From positions 608 to 64,607 of the forward strand of contig CAXMSA010000002.1 of NCBI GenBank assembly GCA_964195605.1: DNA of 64,000 nucleotides, read 5' to 3'. The notes under the pieces are model-generated. The model worked only from the letters and a program-made list of their open reading frames with translations, did no database searches and was not told the origin of the DNA. Numbering within the stretch: position 1 is the stretch's first letter; every line of letters begins with the position of its first letter. This document shows positions 29,289-37,554 of this stretch, in pieces. The DNA comes from an uncultured Amylibacter sp. (GTDB taxonomy: Bacteria > Pseudomonadota > Alphaproteobacteria > Rhodobacterales > Rhodobacteraceae). The position numbers were made by a program, and so were the translations under genes.

Positions 29289-29303
29289 GCAAAAAATGTG
29301 CCA
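29289..29303 (-). promoter_or_regulatory. Sigma54-like -24/-12 promoter
   Basis: Minus strand TGGCAC-ATTTT-TTGC, pointing into the kinase/PP2C remnant. Confidence 0.45.
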
Positions 29304-29368
29304 AAAAACAACAGGCCCTAATCAGGTTAAAACGGAGACGTGCCGTCTACTTCTGCCTTTAACTTGCG

Positions 29369-30202
29369 TTAAGATTTGATATTGGCCTCAGCTTCTTCAC
29401 CGCCTTCAATAACCAAAAGGTGTAACAGGCTTTCCAGAATCGCGATAACACCCAGATAACAGGCAAAAACATAAGGGCTTTCCATTTCGGCGGTTAATAC
29501 CGCTTCGGGTTCCAACTCTGAAAGTGGCAGGTTACTGTCAGTGATAATCAGTAGTTTCATGCCCTTTTTCCGGGCAAATTTGCAGGCGTTTACGGTGATC
29601 TGGCTATAGGGATGTACTGTGATGGCAAGCAAAACATCCTGATCAGAGGCAAAGTTCAGATCAACGATCGGGTTGGCCATATCACGGGGGACAAACTGCA
29701 CATTGGGCAAACCCAGCCGTGCTATATGCTGAAAATAATAGGCCAAAGCATAGCTGGTGCTGGTTGCTGTTACATAAACAGTGCGGGCATTAGTCAGTAT
29801 GGAAACGAATTTTTCCGAAACCTCTGGCGTCATATGACGTAAAGAGTGTTTCAGGATCGACATCGAATTTTCAGCGGAACTGGCCAGTATCGAGCCTGTG
29901 TTGCCCATTGCCGACAATTCATCCAGCCAGCTGGAATTGATAACCGGTTTTGATGTGGTGCGCAGGGCGCGTCTGAAAGGGTCGCGGAATTCTTCAAAAC
30001 CGGGAAATCCCAGTTCTTTTGACAGGCGGACAAGTGAATATGTGCTAACGCCGATTTTTTCGGCCGTAGTTCTGATCGGATCAAGACCAAAATCTGCGGG
30101 ATGGTCGATCACGTATTTCGCAGCTAATTGCAGCGTTGGAGCCAGCATTGAATACTGTTCCCGCATTTTTTTTAACACGCGATTTTGCTGCGTCGCACTC
30201 AT
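29369..30202 (-). CDS. MurR/RpiR family transcriptional regulator (HTH + SIS)
   Basis: AAKYVIDHP.DFGL..IR..A..IGVS.YSLVRLSKELGFPGFEEFR, followed by an SIS domain. Confidence 0.9.
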   Translation of the reverse strand: MSATQQNRVLKKMREQYSMLAPTLQLAAKYVIDHPADFGLDPIRTTAEKIGVSTYSLVRLSKELGFPGFEEFRDPFRRALRTTSKPVINSSWLDELSAMGNTGSILASSAENSMSILKHSLRHMTPEVSEKFVSILTNARTVYVTATSTSYALAYYFQHIARLGLPNVQFVPRDMANPIVDLNFASDQDVLLAITVHPYSQITVNACKFARKKGMKLLIITDSNLPLSELEPEAVLTAEMESPYVFACYLGVIAILESLLHLLVIEGGEEAEANIKS

Positions 30203-30260
30203 ATCAGAACTTTCACTTATTATTCATTTGAACAGTATAATCGAAAGTCCACGGACTTTG

Positions 30261-30989
30261 CTAGCTGGTTTGTATTTTTACTGCTTCAAGTTGCGCATAA
30301 AACGGTAAAGCCGCAGCCAACACAGCTTGCAACGCATCGCCAACATCGGGCAAAAGCCCTTCGATCCCGGCAAATCCTGTGCTGTTACGCACCGCAGGAT
30401 ACCAATGCGGCGCCCATGGCCCGTCTTGCGGGTGACCACCTTTGGGCCAGCTTAACATGGCCGGATCATAGGGCAGATCAATGGTCGTACATAAAGCGCG
30501 CAGCATGGCTGCGGGATTGGCGCGAATATCGGCGCTGTCGATGACAATGGGGGCGTGGCCCAAGTGCTGTGCAACCTGATCAAACAGCTCTGCCTGTTCC
30601 TGAAAACCGATGTCGCTCAGGCTAGGGCTTTCACGTTTGGCGTGGTAACTGGCAATGACCCTTGCAGGGTGGCGGATTAGGAAGATGTTAGTGACATCAT
30701 GCATCCATGTGCGGTCAAATCTGGGCAACATATGCTGGGTCATATGTTTTTGATAAAACACAGTTCTTTCCTGTGGTATGCTGCCTGTAAGGCGTTTGGA
30801 AATTTCTGCGGGATCGTGCAACCATGTGTCGAGTATCTCGGTGCGCATCGGATGATCAAGGCCGGTTTCCAGCAAATATGCTGCATAATAAGGCTCATCC
30901 CAAACCGCACAGTCGGAGCGTGCGCCAAAGGCATACATCATCGCGGTGGACAGGTTACGCGGTCCTGACCACATGGCGATGCGTTTCAT
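30261..30989 (-). CDS. Sulfotransferase-like P-loop protein (homolog of the N-terminal domain of plant BCAT-like proteins)
   Basis: MWSGPRNLSTAMMYAF..DEP(Y/F)Y..YQKHMT..FLIRHP..WAPHWY. Confidence 0.75.
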   Translation of the reverse strand: MKRIAMWSGPRNLSTAMMYAFGARSDCAVWDEPYYAAYLLETGLDHPMRTEILDTWLHDPAEISKRLTGSIPQERTVFYQKHMTQHMLPRFDRTWMHDVTNIFLIRHPARVIASYHAKRESPSLSDIGFQEQAELFDQVAQHLGHAPIVIDSADIRANPAAMLRALCTTIDLPYDPAMLSWPKGGHPQDGPWAPHWYPAVRNSTGFAGIEGLLPDVGDALQAVLAAALPFYAQLEAVKIQTS

Positions 30990-31894
30990 GTGGTTTCCGT
31001 AGCGATCAGATCGGCATAAAGCGCGCGAATACGCTGGGTGACAAGACCAAGTGTGGCATCGCCAATACTGCGCCCGTCGATCTGGGATACGGGTGTTTGT
31101 GCGCCAAATGTACCAGTCAGGAACGCTTCATCCGCACTATAGGTGTCCACAAGCGAATAATTGCGTTCTAGGCATTCAATGCCGTTGGCACGGCACAGAT
31201 CAATTACCTTCTGGCGGGTAATCCCGTTCATGCAATAGTCGCCCGTACTGGTCCAAACCACGCCCTTTTTAACGATGAAAAAGTTGCACGCGTTGGTGGT
31301 GTTCACAAAGCCGTTGATGTCCAGCATCAGGGCCTCATCCGCACCAGCCTTTTCGGCGGCGATACAGGCCAGTATGCAGTTCAGCTTGGAATGTGAGTTC
31401 AGTTTTGGGTCTTGGGTCATCGGCAGCCCGCGCAGATGTGGCACAGTGGCCAGACGGATCGGACGCGGCAGGGATGGTTTGGAATGTTCGCAAATAATCA
31501 CCACTGTCGGGCCTGTTTGCGATAGAGACGGGTGTTGGAACGGCTTGACCTTAACCCCGCGCGTGACCATCAGGCGGACATGCACATCCGTGGTCATATT
31601 GTTGGCTATGCGGGTGGCCTCAAGGGCGGCAATCACGCCCGCACGATCCATGCCGATATCAAGATCAATTGCTTTTGCGGCCTCAAACAGCCGGTCAATA
31701 TGTTCGTCCATGAACGCCCACTTCCCGTCATAAAGGCGCAAACCTTCCCAGACACCGTCGCCCAGCATAAAGCCGCTGTCATAAACCGAGACCACAGCTT
31801 GTGCGCGCGGCACGATTTGGCCGTTCACATATATCTTGATTGTCTCATTGCGTTGGTCATCGGCGGCTTGGTGGGTGGTGACGTGCTTGTCCAT
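30986..31894 (-). CDS. Class IV PLP aminotransferase (D-amino-acid/branched-chain aminotransferase-like)
   Basis: SVYDSGFMLGDGVWEGLR, PLP-Lys region HSKLNC, GITRQ, EAFLTGT. Confidence 0.9.
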   Translation of the reverse strand: MDKHVTTHQAADDQRNETIKIYVNGQIVPRAQAVVSVYDSGFMLGDGVWEGLRLYDGKWAFMDEHIDRLFEAAKAIDLDIGMDRAGVIAALEATRIANNMTTDVHVRLMVTRGVKVKPFQHPSLSQTGPTVVIICEHSKPSLPRPIRLATVPHLRGLPMTQDPKLNSHSKLNCILACIAAEKAGADEALMLDINGFVNTTNACNFFIVKKGVVWTSTGDYCMNGITRQKVIDLCRANGIECLERNYSLVDTYSADEAFLTGTFGAQTPVSQIDGRSIGDATLGLVTQRIRALYADLIATETT

Positions 31895-31975
31895 ATCTGT
31901 GCCTTTAGAATGTTGATCTTATCCATAGACACAAAAAAACAACTGTGATGTCAATTGTTGTTTATGCGTCGGCTG

Positions 31976-32926
31976 CTATTGCAAGAATTGCTCGTTCGGT
32001 ATGTGCAAGCCTTCCATCAGTGATGATAAGTGCGTGGTGCAATGTTTCAAAAAGGCCTCTGTGATCGGCATGTTTTCGGTTTCGGCATTCCAAATCAACT
32101 CGAAGGCGATAAAAGTCGGAGTGTTTTGATCTATCATCAGTTGGCGTGCAGTTTCCCGGTTCTCCGGCGCAATCTTTGACCAAGGCAATATCGCCGAGGC
32201 CAGCCCCAGGCGCGCCCATTCCTGCATCACCTGATAATTAACAGCCTGTCCTGCATATTCTTTGATGGTCTGGCCGCATTGGTTGAACCAGCTGCGGGTT
32301 GCGTTTGCGTGGCCACAGGTGTTGGGGGTTAATATGAAAGTCTCATCAGCCAGTTGGTTTATTGTTATCGGGCCGCTGCCTGTAACGATCGATGTGGCGC
32401 CATCGCGGGGCACCACGAAAATAGGCTCGCGGTAAAACGGCAGTGTAGCGGTTTTTATCCGCAGTGGTTTAGGGGTATGCTGCACTGGGCGTATGGCCAT
32501 GTTTACTTGTCCAGTTTCAAGGCAGATTATCAAATTATCCATGAAACATTCTTTGAAATAGCTGGCCACATCGGGGTTTTTATCTGTAAAGGGGCTGACC
32601 AGCGCATTGATCAGGCGCATGTCCAAAAGCGGAGAAAACCCGATGGCAAGCAGTTTGTGATCTGGCTCGAAATACAGTTTTGCCCTGTCAGCCAATTCGC
32701 GTTTTGTGTTCAACATCGCCTGTATTGCCGGCAACATATGGGTGCCGAACTGGGTCAGTTTGACATGCCGTGTAGTGCGTTCAAATAGCTTGCCGCCCAG
32801 TCCATCTTCCAGATGTTTGATGCCGTTTGATAGGGTGGGCTGGGTCACAAAGCAAGCCGCTGCTGCTTGGGTGAATGAGCCGGAATGAGCCACTTCAAGG
32901 GCAAACTTCAGATGGTTGAGGTTCAT
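31976..32926 (-). CDS. LysR family regulator (OxyR-like N-terminus)
   Basis: SFTQAAAACFVTQPTLSNGIKHLE..LGGKLFERTTR. Likely start ATG 32926. Confidence 0.92.
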   Translation of the reverse strand: MNLNHLKFALEVAHSGSFTQAAAACFVTQPTLSNGIKHLEDGLGGKLFERTTRHVKLTQFGTHMLPAIQAMLNTKRELADRAKLYFEPDHKLLAIGFSPLLDMRLINALVSPFTDKNPDVASYFKECFMDNLIICLETGQVNMAIRPVQHTPKPLRIKTATLPFYREPIFVVPRDGATSIVTGSGPITINQLADETFILTPNTCGHANATRSWFNQCGQTIKEYAGQAVNYQVMQEWARLGLASAILPWSKIAPENRETARQLMIDQNTPTFIAFELIWNAETENMPITEAFLKHCTTHLSSLMEGLHIPNEQFLQ

Positions 32927-32940
32927 TGGTTTTCCTATAT

Positions 32941-32979
32941 ATAGAAAAATTCTATTAAACATATTTTAAAATAGAATTT
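32941..32979. promoter_or_regulatory. LysR operator region
   Basis: ATAG-N7-CTAT (T-N11-A) at 32941-32955, overlapped by the 10-bp inverted repeat AAATTCTATT...AATAGAATTT. Confidence 0.6.
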
Positions 32980-33046
32980 AACTAATAATAAGGTTTTTGC
33001 TAAACCTTGTCCAGACAAATAACAAAACGATGAAAGGGCAACCCTT

Positions 33047-33667
33047 ATGAAAGTATATGACATTGAGAATTTCCCGAACCCTGCGCGTGTGCGCATTGCT
33101 TTGGCGGAAAAAAACGTAACGGATCAGGTGGAATTTATACCAGTTGACGTGATGGGCGGCGAACATCGGACAGAGGCGTTTTGCGCCAAGAACCCCGATG
33201 CATCCGTGCCTTATGTGGAGCTGGAGGATGGTACCATCTTGTCGCAATGCACAGCAATTACCGAATATATCGACGGGCATTTTGAAGGTACGTCTTTATG
33301 TGGTGACACCCCGAAGGAGCGCGCGGTGATCCATATGATGAACCGCCGTGCTGAGGCAAATTTGCTGGATGCAGTTGGTGCGTATTTTCACCATGCGACA
33401 GACGGTCTTGGGCCTGATCTTGAGTTACCACAGAATAAAGAATGGGGCTTGGGCCAGCGCGAAAACGCCTTGTCGACGATGCAATATCTTGATGATACAC
33501 TTGCCACATCAGATTACCTTGCGGGTGATGCGTTTTCGATGGCGGATATCACGGCCTTCGCAGGTCTGGCTTTTGCAGATTTCGCAGGCGTGGAAATCGC
33601 CAACGAATTGAAGAATTTAACAGCGTGGCGCGCCAAAGTTGCCGCCCGCCCAAGTATCGCAGGATAG
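33047..33667 (+). CDS. Glutathione S-transferase family protein
   Basis: PNPARVRIALAEK, NPDASVPYVELEDG..SQCTAITEY, YLAGDAFSMADI. Confidence 0.92.
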   Translation: MKVYDIENFPNPARVRIALAEKNVTDQVEFIPVDVMGGEHRTEAFCAKNPDASVPYVELEDGTILSQCTAITEYIDGHFEGTSLCGDTPKERAVIHMMNRRAEANLLDAVGAYFHHATDGLGPDLELPQNKEWGLGQRENALSTMQYLDDTLATSDYLAGDAFSMADITAFAGLAFADFAGVEIANELKNLTAWRAKVAARPSIAG

Positions 33668-33676
33668 GGGATTATT

Positions 33677-34354
33677 ATGAAAATTAATGCGGATTTTGAC
33701 AAACGTGTAATGGTGCATTCCGATGAGCTGGACTGGATTACTTCCCCCACTGCGGGAGTTGACCGGCGGATGCTTGACCGGATCGGTGACGAAGTGGCGC
33801 GCGCGACAACGATTGTGCGTTATGCCAAAGGTAGCAAGTTTCCGGCGCATGTCCATACGGGCGGTGAAGAGTTTATCGTTTTGGATGGTGTGTTTCAGGA
33901 TGAACATGGCAATTTACCTGCGGGTAGTTATATCCGCAACCCGCCAACCACACGCCATGCGCCCGGCTCGGATGATGGCTGCACGATTTTCGTGAAACTG
34001 TGGCAGTATGATATGGATGATCGTACGCAAGTTACGACCGATATGAACAAAAACACCTCTGTTGATGCTGCGGGCCGTGATGGTGTTGCAGTCATGCCAT
34101 TGTTTAGTGACACGCGTGAAACTGTTAAGATGGAAACATGGGATGCAGGGGCTAAGGTTGCGATGGATTTACCGCAAGGCGGTGAGTTTCTGGTACTGGA
34201 TGGCGGGTTTAATGACGGCGTCGATGATCTGCGCAGGCATTCGTGGCTACGCTTGCCCGTTGGCAGTGCATTCTCTGCGGTTGCAGGCGCTAAAGGTGCT
34301 AAGGTTTGGATCAAAACTGGGCATTTACCCTATGCAAAAGCACCGAAAGGATAA
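33677..34354 (+). CDS. ChrR-like tandem cupin-domain protein
   Basis: F.AHVHTGGEEFIVLDGVFQDEHG..PAGSYIRNP...HAP; second cupin lobe at the C-terminus. Confidence 0.85.
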   Translation: MKINADFDKRVMVHSDELDWITSPTAGVDRRMLDRIGDEVARATTIVRYAKGSKFPAHVHTGGEEFIVLDGVFQDEHGNLPAGSYIRNPPTTRHAPGSDDGCTIFVKLWQYDMDDRTQVTTDMNKNTSVDAAGRDGVAVMPLFSDTRETVKMETWDAGAKVAMDLPQGGEFLVLDGGFNDGVDDLRRHSWLRLPVGSAFSAVAGAKGAKVWIKTGHLPYAKAPKG

Positions 34355-34357
34355 GAT

Positions 34358-35041
34358 ATGGCAGATAGGCAACTGGCAATCGTTGCAGGGGTGGGGGCGG
34401 GCTTAGGCCACGCCCTTTTGCGCCGTTTTGACGCGGGTGGGATGCAAGCCGTTGGGCTTGCCCGCAGTCCGTCGACCAATAATAACGGTCTGGATATTCG
34501 GGTTTGCGACCTAAGTGATGTGCAAGCTGTAAAGGCCGTTATTGCTGAGCTGATCCAAGAGTTCGGCGCGCCCAATATTGTAGTGCATAACCCGTCTAAT
34601 CTTGTGATAGCGCCGTTTCTTGAACTGGATCTTGATGCTTTTGAAGCCAGTTGGCGCGCGATGGTTTTATCGGCGGCGGTTCTGGGGCAAGCGATTTTAC
34701 CAGCAATGGTAAAGGCTGAAGCTGGCGCATTTATCGTGTCAGGGGCCACGGCCAGTCTGCGCGGTGGGGCACGATTTGCAGCCCTTGCCTCACCCAAATT
34801 TGCGTTGCGCGGCTTGACCCAATCATTAGCGCGTGAATTTCAGCCCTTGGGTATTCATGTTATCCATGCGGTTCTGGACGGGATTATTGATACGAAGCGC
34901 AGTCGGGAAAAACATGGGTTGGATCCCGCTAAAATGATGCGTCCCGAAGATATTGCCGAGGCTTATTGGCATTTGGCGCATCAGCCGCGCTCTGCCTGGT
35001 CGCATGAGGTTGATCTGCGGCCGCAGACAGAGACGTTCTAA
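34358..35041 (+). CDS. Short-chain dehydrogenase/reductase
   Basis: AGVGAGLG NAD motif, SGATASLRG, KFALRGLTQSLARE. Confidence 0.88.
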   Translation: MADRQLAIVAGVGAGLGHALLRRFDAGGMQAVGLARSPSTNNNGLDIRVCDLSDVQAVKAVIAELIQEFGAPNIVVHNPSNLVIAPFLELDLDAFEASWRAMVLSAAVLGQAILPAMVKAEAGAFIVSGATASLRGGARFAALASPKFALRGLTQSLAREFQPLGIHVIHAVLDGIIDTKRSREKHGLDPAKMMRPEDIAEAYWHLAHQPRSAWSHEVDLRPQTETF

Positions 35042-35045
35042 AGTC

Positions 35046-36107
35046 ATGAATACGGATGTTATTATTATAGGTGGCGGCCTGTCCGGGCTTGCCTTGGCCG
35101 ATCATTTGCAACGCGCGGGCGTGGATTATCTGCTGCTTGAGGCGCGTATGCGGCTGGGTGGGCGGATTAAAGCCGCATCTGTGGGGGATGCAGGCTTTGA
35201 TCTGGGGCCATCGTGGTTTTGGCCGGGTCAGCCGCGCATGGCGGCAATGGTGGACCGGTTTGATCTGGCACGCTTTGAGCAATACGCCAAGGGTACGCTA
35301 TGTTTTGAAGATGAACGGGGTGCGGTGGAAAATGGGCTGGCCCATGCGCCCATGGCAGGGTCATACAGGATAGAAGGCGGAATTTATGCCTTGATAGATC
35401 GGTTGGTTGCCAGCCTTGGAACACAAAATATACTGCTGGATGCGGCAGTGAACGCATTGCGTTATGATAATGCGGCTGTCACGGTTCAGTTGCAAAATGG
35501 TAAAGCCTTTTCAGGGAAACGCGTGGTTCTGGCTTTGCCACCACGTGTGGCTGCGGGTTTGACATATGCGCCTGCACTGCCTGATGCGGCGATGGAAGCG
35601 ATGCGTTCCATTCCCACTTGGATGGGCGGGCAGGCGAAGTTTCTGGCGATTTATGACCGCCCTTTCTGGCGTGAAAAAGGCTTGTCTGGCGATGCGATGA
35701 GCCGACATGGCCCGTTGGTGGAAGTCCATGATGCGACGGACCCTAAAACCGGTCTAGGGGCCTTGTTTGGTTTTGTCGATGTGCCCGCAACGGGGCGGCT
35801 TGGGCAAGATGAGACAATTAAAACGGCGGCGATTGGCCAACTTGGACGGCTGTTCGGGCCGCAGGCTTTGCAGCCAAAACAGGTGTTTTACCAAGATTGG
35901 GCACAGGCTGTGGAAACCGCATCTGATCTTGATCTGGAACCTTTGTATGAGCATCCGGCCTATGGTTTGCCAAAGCCCTTGTCGGGGCTTTGGAATAAAC
36001 GTTTGCGTATGGGATCCACAGAAGTTACGGCAGAGTTTGGCGGTTATCTGGAAGGGGCTTTGGATGTTGCGGAATATCTTGCTCAGGATTTAATTGCTGA
36101 TAGATAG
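35046..36107 (+). CDS. Flavin monoamine-oxidase-family FAD oxidoreductase
   Basis: IGGGLSGL..EAR.RLGGRI, DLGPSW, GGYLEGAL. Start ATG 35046; the track start 34953 overlaps the SDR. Confidence 0.85.
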   Translation: MNTDVIIIGGGLSGLALADHLQRAGVDYLLLEARMRLGGRIKAASVGDAGFDLGPSWFWPGQPRMAAMVDRFDLARFEQYAKGTLCFEDERGAVENGLAHAPMAGSYRIEGGIYALIDRLVASLGTQNILLDAAVNALRYDNAAVTVQLQNGKAFSGKRVVLALPPRVAAGLTYAPALPDAAMEAMRSIPTWMGGQAKFLAIYDRPFWREKGLSGDAMSRHGPLVEVHDATDPKTGLGALFGFVDVPATGRLGQDETIKTAAIGQLGRLFGPQALQPKQVFYQDWAQAVETASDLDLEPLYEHPAYGLPKPLSGLWNKRLRMGSTEVTAEFGGYLEGALDVAEYLAQDLIADR

Positions 36108-36155
36108 GGCAAATGCAAAGCCGCGCGGGCGGTTGGAAGTCATGGGAGATATGAC

Positions 36156-36983
36156 ATGGAAATTCTATCGGAAAACACCTGTTTTGGCGGGGTTCAGGGC
36201 GTTTACAAACATGCGTCAGTTGCCTGTCAGTGCGACATGACATTTGCAGTTTATCTGCCGCCACAGGCCAAGATACAAAAAGTGCCGGTACTGTGGTTTC
36301 TATCGGGCCTGACTTGTACCCACGAAAATGCCATGACCAAAGCGGGGGCGCAGGCTTGGGCTGCTAAATACGGGGTGGCTTTGGTGTTTCCTGACACCTC
36401 GCCACGCGGTGAAGCCGTGGCGAATGATGAGGCTTATGATCTGGGTCAAGGGGCCGGGTTTTATGTGGATGCTGTACAAAAACCCTGGGCACCGCATTTT
36501 AATATGTGGACATATGTGACCGAAGAATTGCCTAAACTGGTGACGGCTGAATTCGAAGTTTTAGAGGAAAAACAAGGTATTACTGGACATTCTATGGGCG
36601 GTCACGGGGCTTTGACCATTGCGATGACACTGCCTGATCGTTACCGATCTGTTTCTGCATTCGCACCGATTGCCAACCCATCCGCCTCTGATTGGGGGCG
36701 CAAGCAATTGGGGGCTTATCTGGGGGCGGATGAGGCGGCTTGGCTGGCGCATGATGCGTCATTGTTGATGGCAGAGCGCGGCTTTCATGCCCCGGTTCTA
36801 ATAGATCAGGGCACGGCGGATAATTTTCTGGATTTGTTAAAGCCGCAGGCGTTAGCAGATGCGATTATCGCACGCAAACAGGCCGCGACTTTGCGGATGC
36901 AAAACGGTTATGACCACAGTTATTTCTTCATTCAAAGCTTCATGGAAGATCATGTAAAGTTTCACGCTGAATTATTGAAGTGA
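36156..36983 (+). CDS. fghA: S-formylglutathione hydrolase
   Basis: LSGLTC, PDTSPRG, GHSMGGHGA, GYDHSYFFI. Confidence 0.95.
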   Translation: MEILSENTCFGGVQGVYKHASVACQCDMTFAVYLPPQAKIQKVPVLWFLSGLTCTHENAMTKAGAQAWAAKYGVALVFPDTSPRGEAVANDEAYDLGQGAGFYVDAVQKPWAPHFNMWTYVTEELPKLVTAEFEVLEEKQGITGHSMGGHGALTIAMTLPDRYRSVSAFAPIANPSASDWGRKQLGAYLGADEAAWLAHDASLLMAERGFHAPVLIDQGTADNFLDLLKPQALADAIIARKQAATLRMQNGYDHSYFFIQSFMEDHVKFHAELLK

Positions 36984-37477
36984 TACGATCTCGCGCCTGA
37001 AGAGTTGCTTGGCAACCTTTTCGGGGTCTTCCTCATAATTTCTTGCAGCCGTATGGCCCGCTTAGACTGCGCCTGCAATCAGGCTGTGGCTGGCGGCGTC
37101 GTCGATCAGTTCTAACGTTTGAAGTTTTGTATCGCTTATTATCAGCGTGTCATAAAGATTGTTGTGGCGGGTGCGTTTTGTGACCAGAAAAACCGCGCCG
37201 CAGGTGATGTCTTGTAATTGCCCTGAATAGGTGCAGGCCAGTTTGCAACCCGTGGCACTGATCGCGGCCAATTCTTGGTTTGTGTGAATTTTACATTCTT
37301 CGGTGCTGACAACGCCCCAATCACCTTCTGCTTTCATTGCATACATGGCGGCGTGGGCTTGTGGTCTGACATGGCCCATGCCGCAACAATGCGGGAATTG
37401 ATAGAAGCGGTTTGGTGCGGTGACTGGGCCGATTTTTACTGGTTCGAACAGGATGGAATATTTATTATTATCGGCAT
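36972..37477 (-). pseudogene. Trimethylamine/histamine dehydrogenase-like flavoprotein pseudogene with a large internal deletion
   Basis: N-terminus YSILFEPVKIGPVTAPNRFYQFPHCCGMGH..KAEGDWGVVSTEECKIH joined in frame to C-terminal-type sequence LVTKR..LY..LIAGAV*AGHTAAR..FRRE. Frameshift just after ATG 37477 and in-frame TAA at 37062-37064. Confidence 0.8.
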
Positions 37478-37522
37478 CCTTTGCACCTTAAATTTTGATT
37501 GTACTGTGCTTTATTTTATGGA

Positions 37523-37540
37523 ATTATACAAGTGTATAAT
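37523..37540. promoter_or_regulatory. Palindromic TetR operator candidate
   Basis: ATTATACA-AG-TGTATAAT in the divergent interval between the pseudogene and tetR. Confidence 0.65.
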
Positions 37541-37554
37541 AAGAAGCAGTTCAA

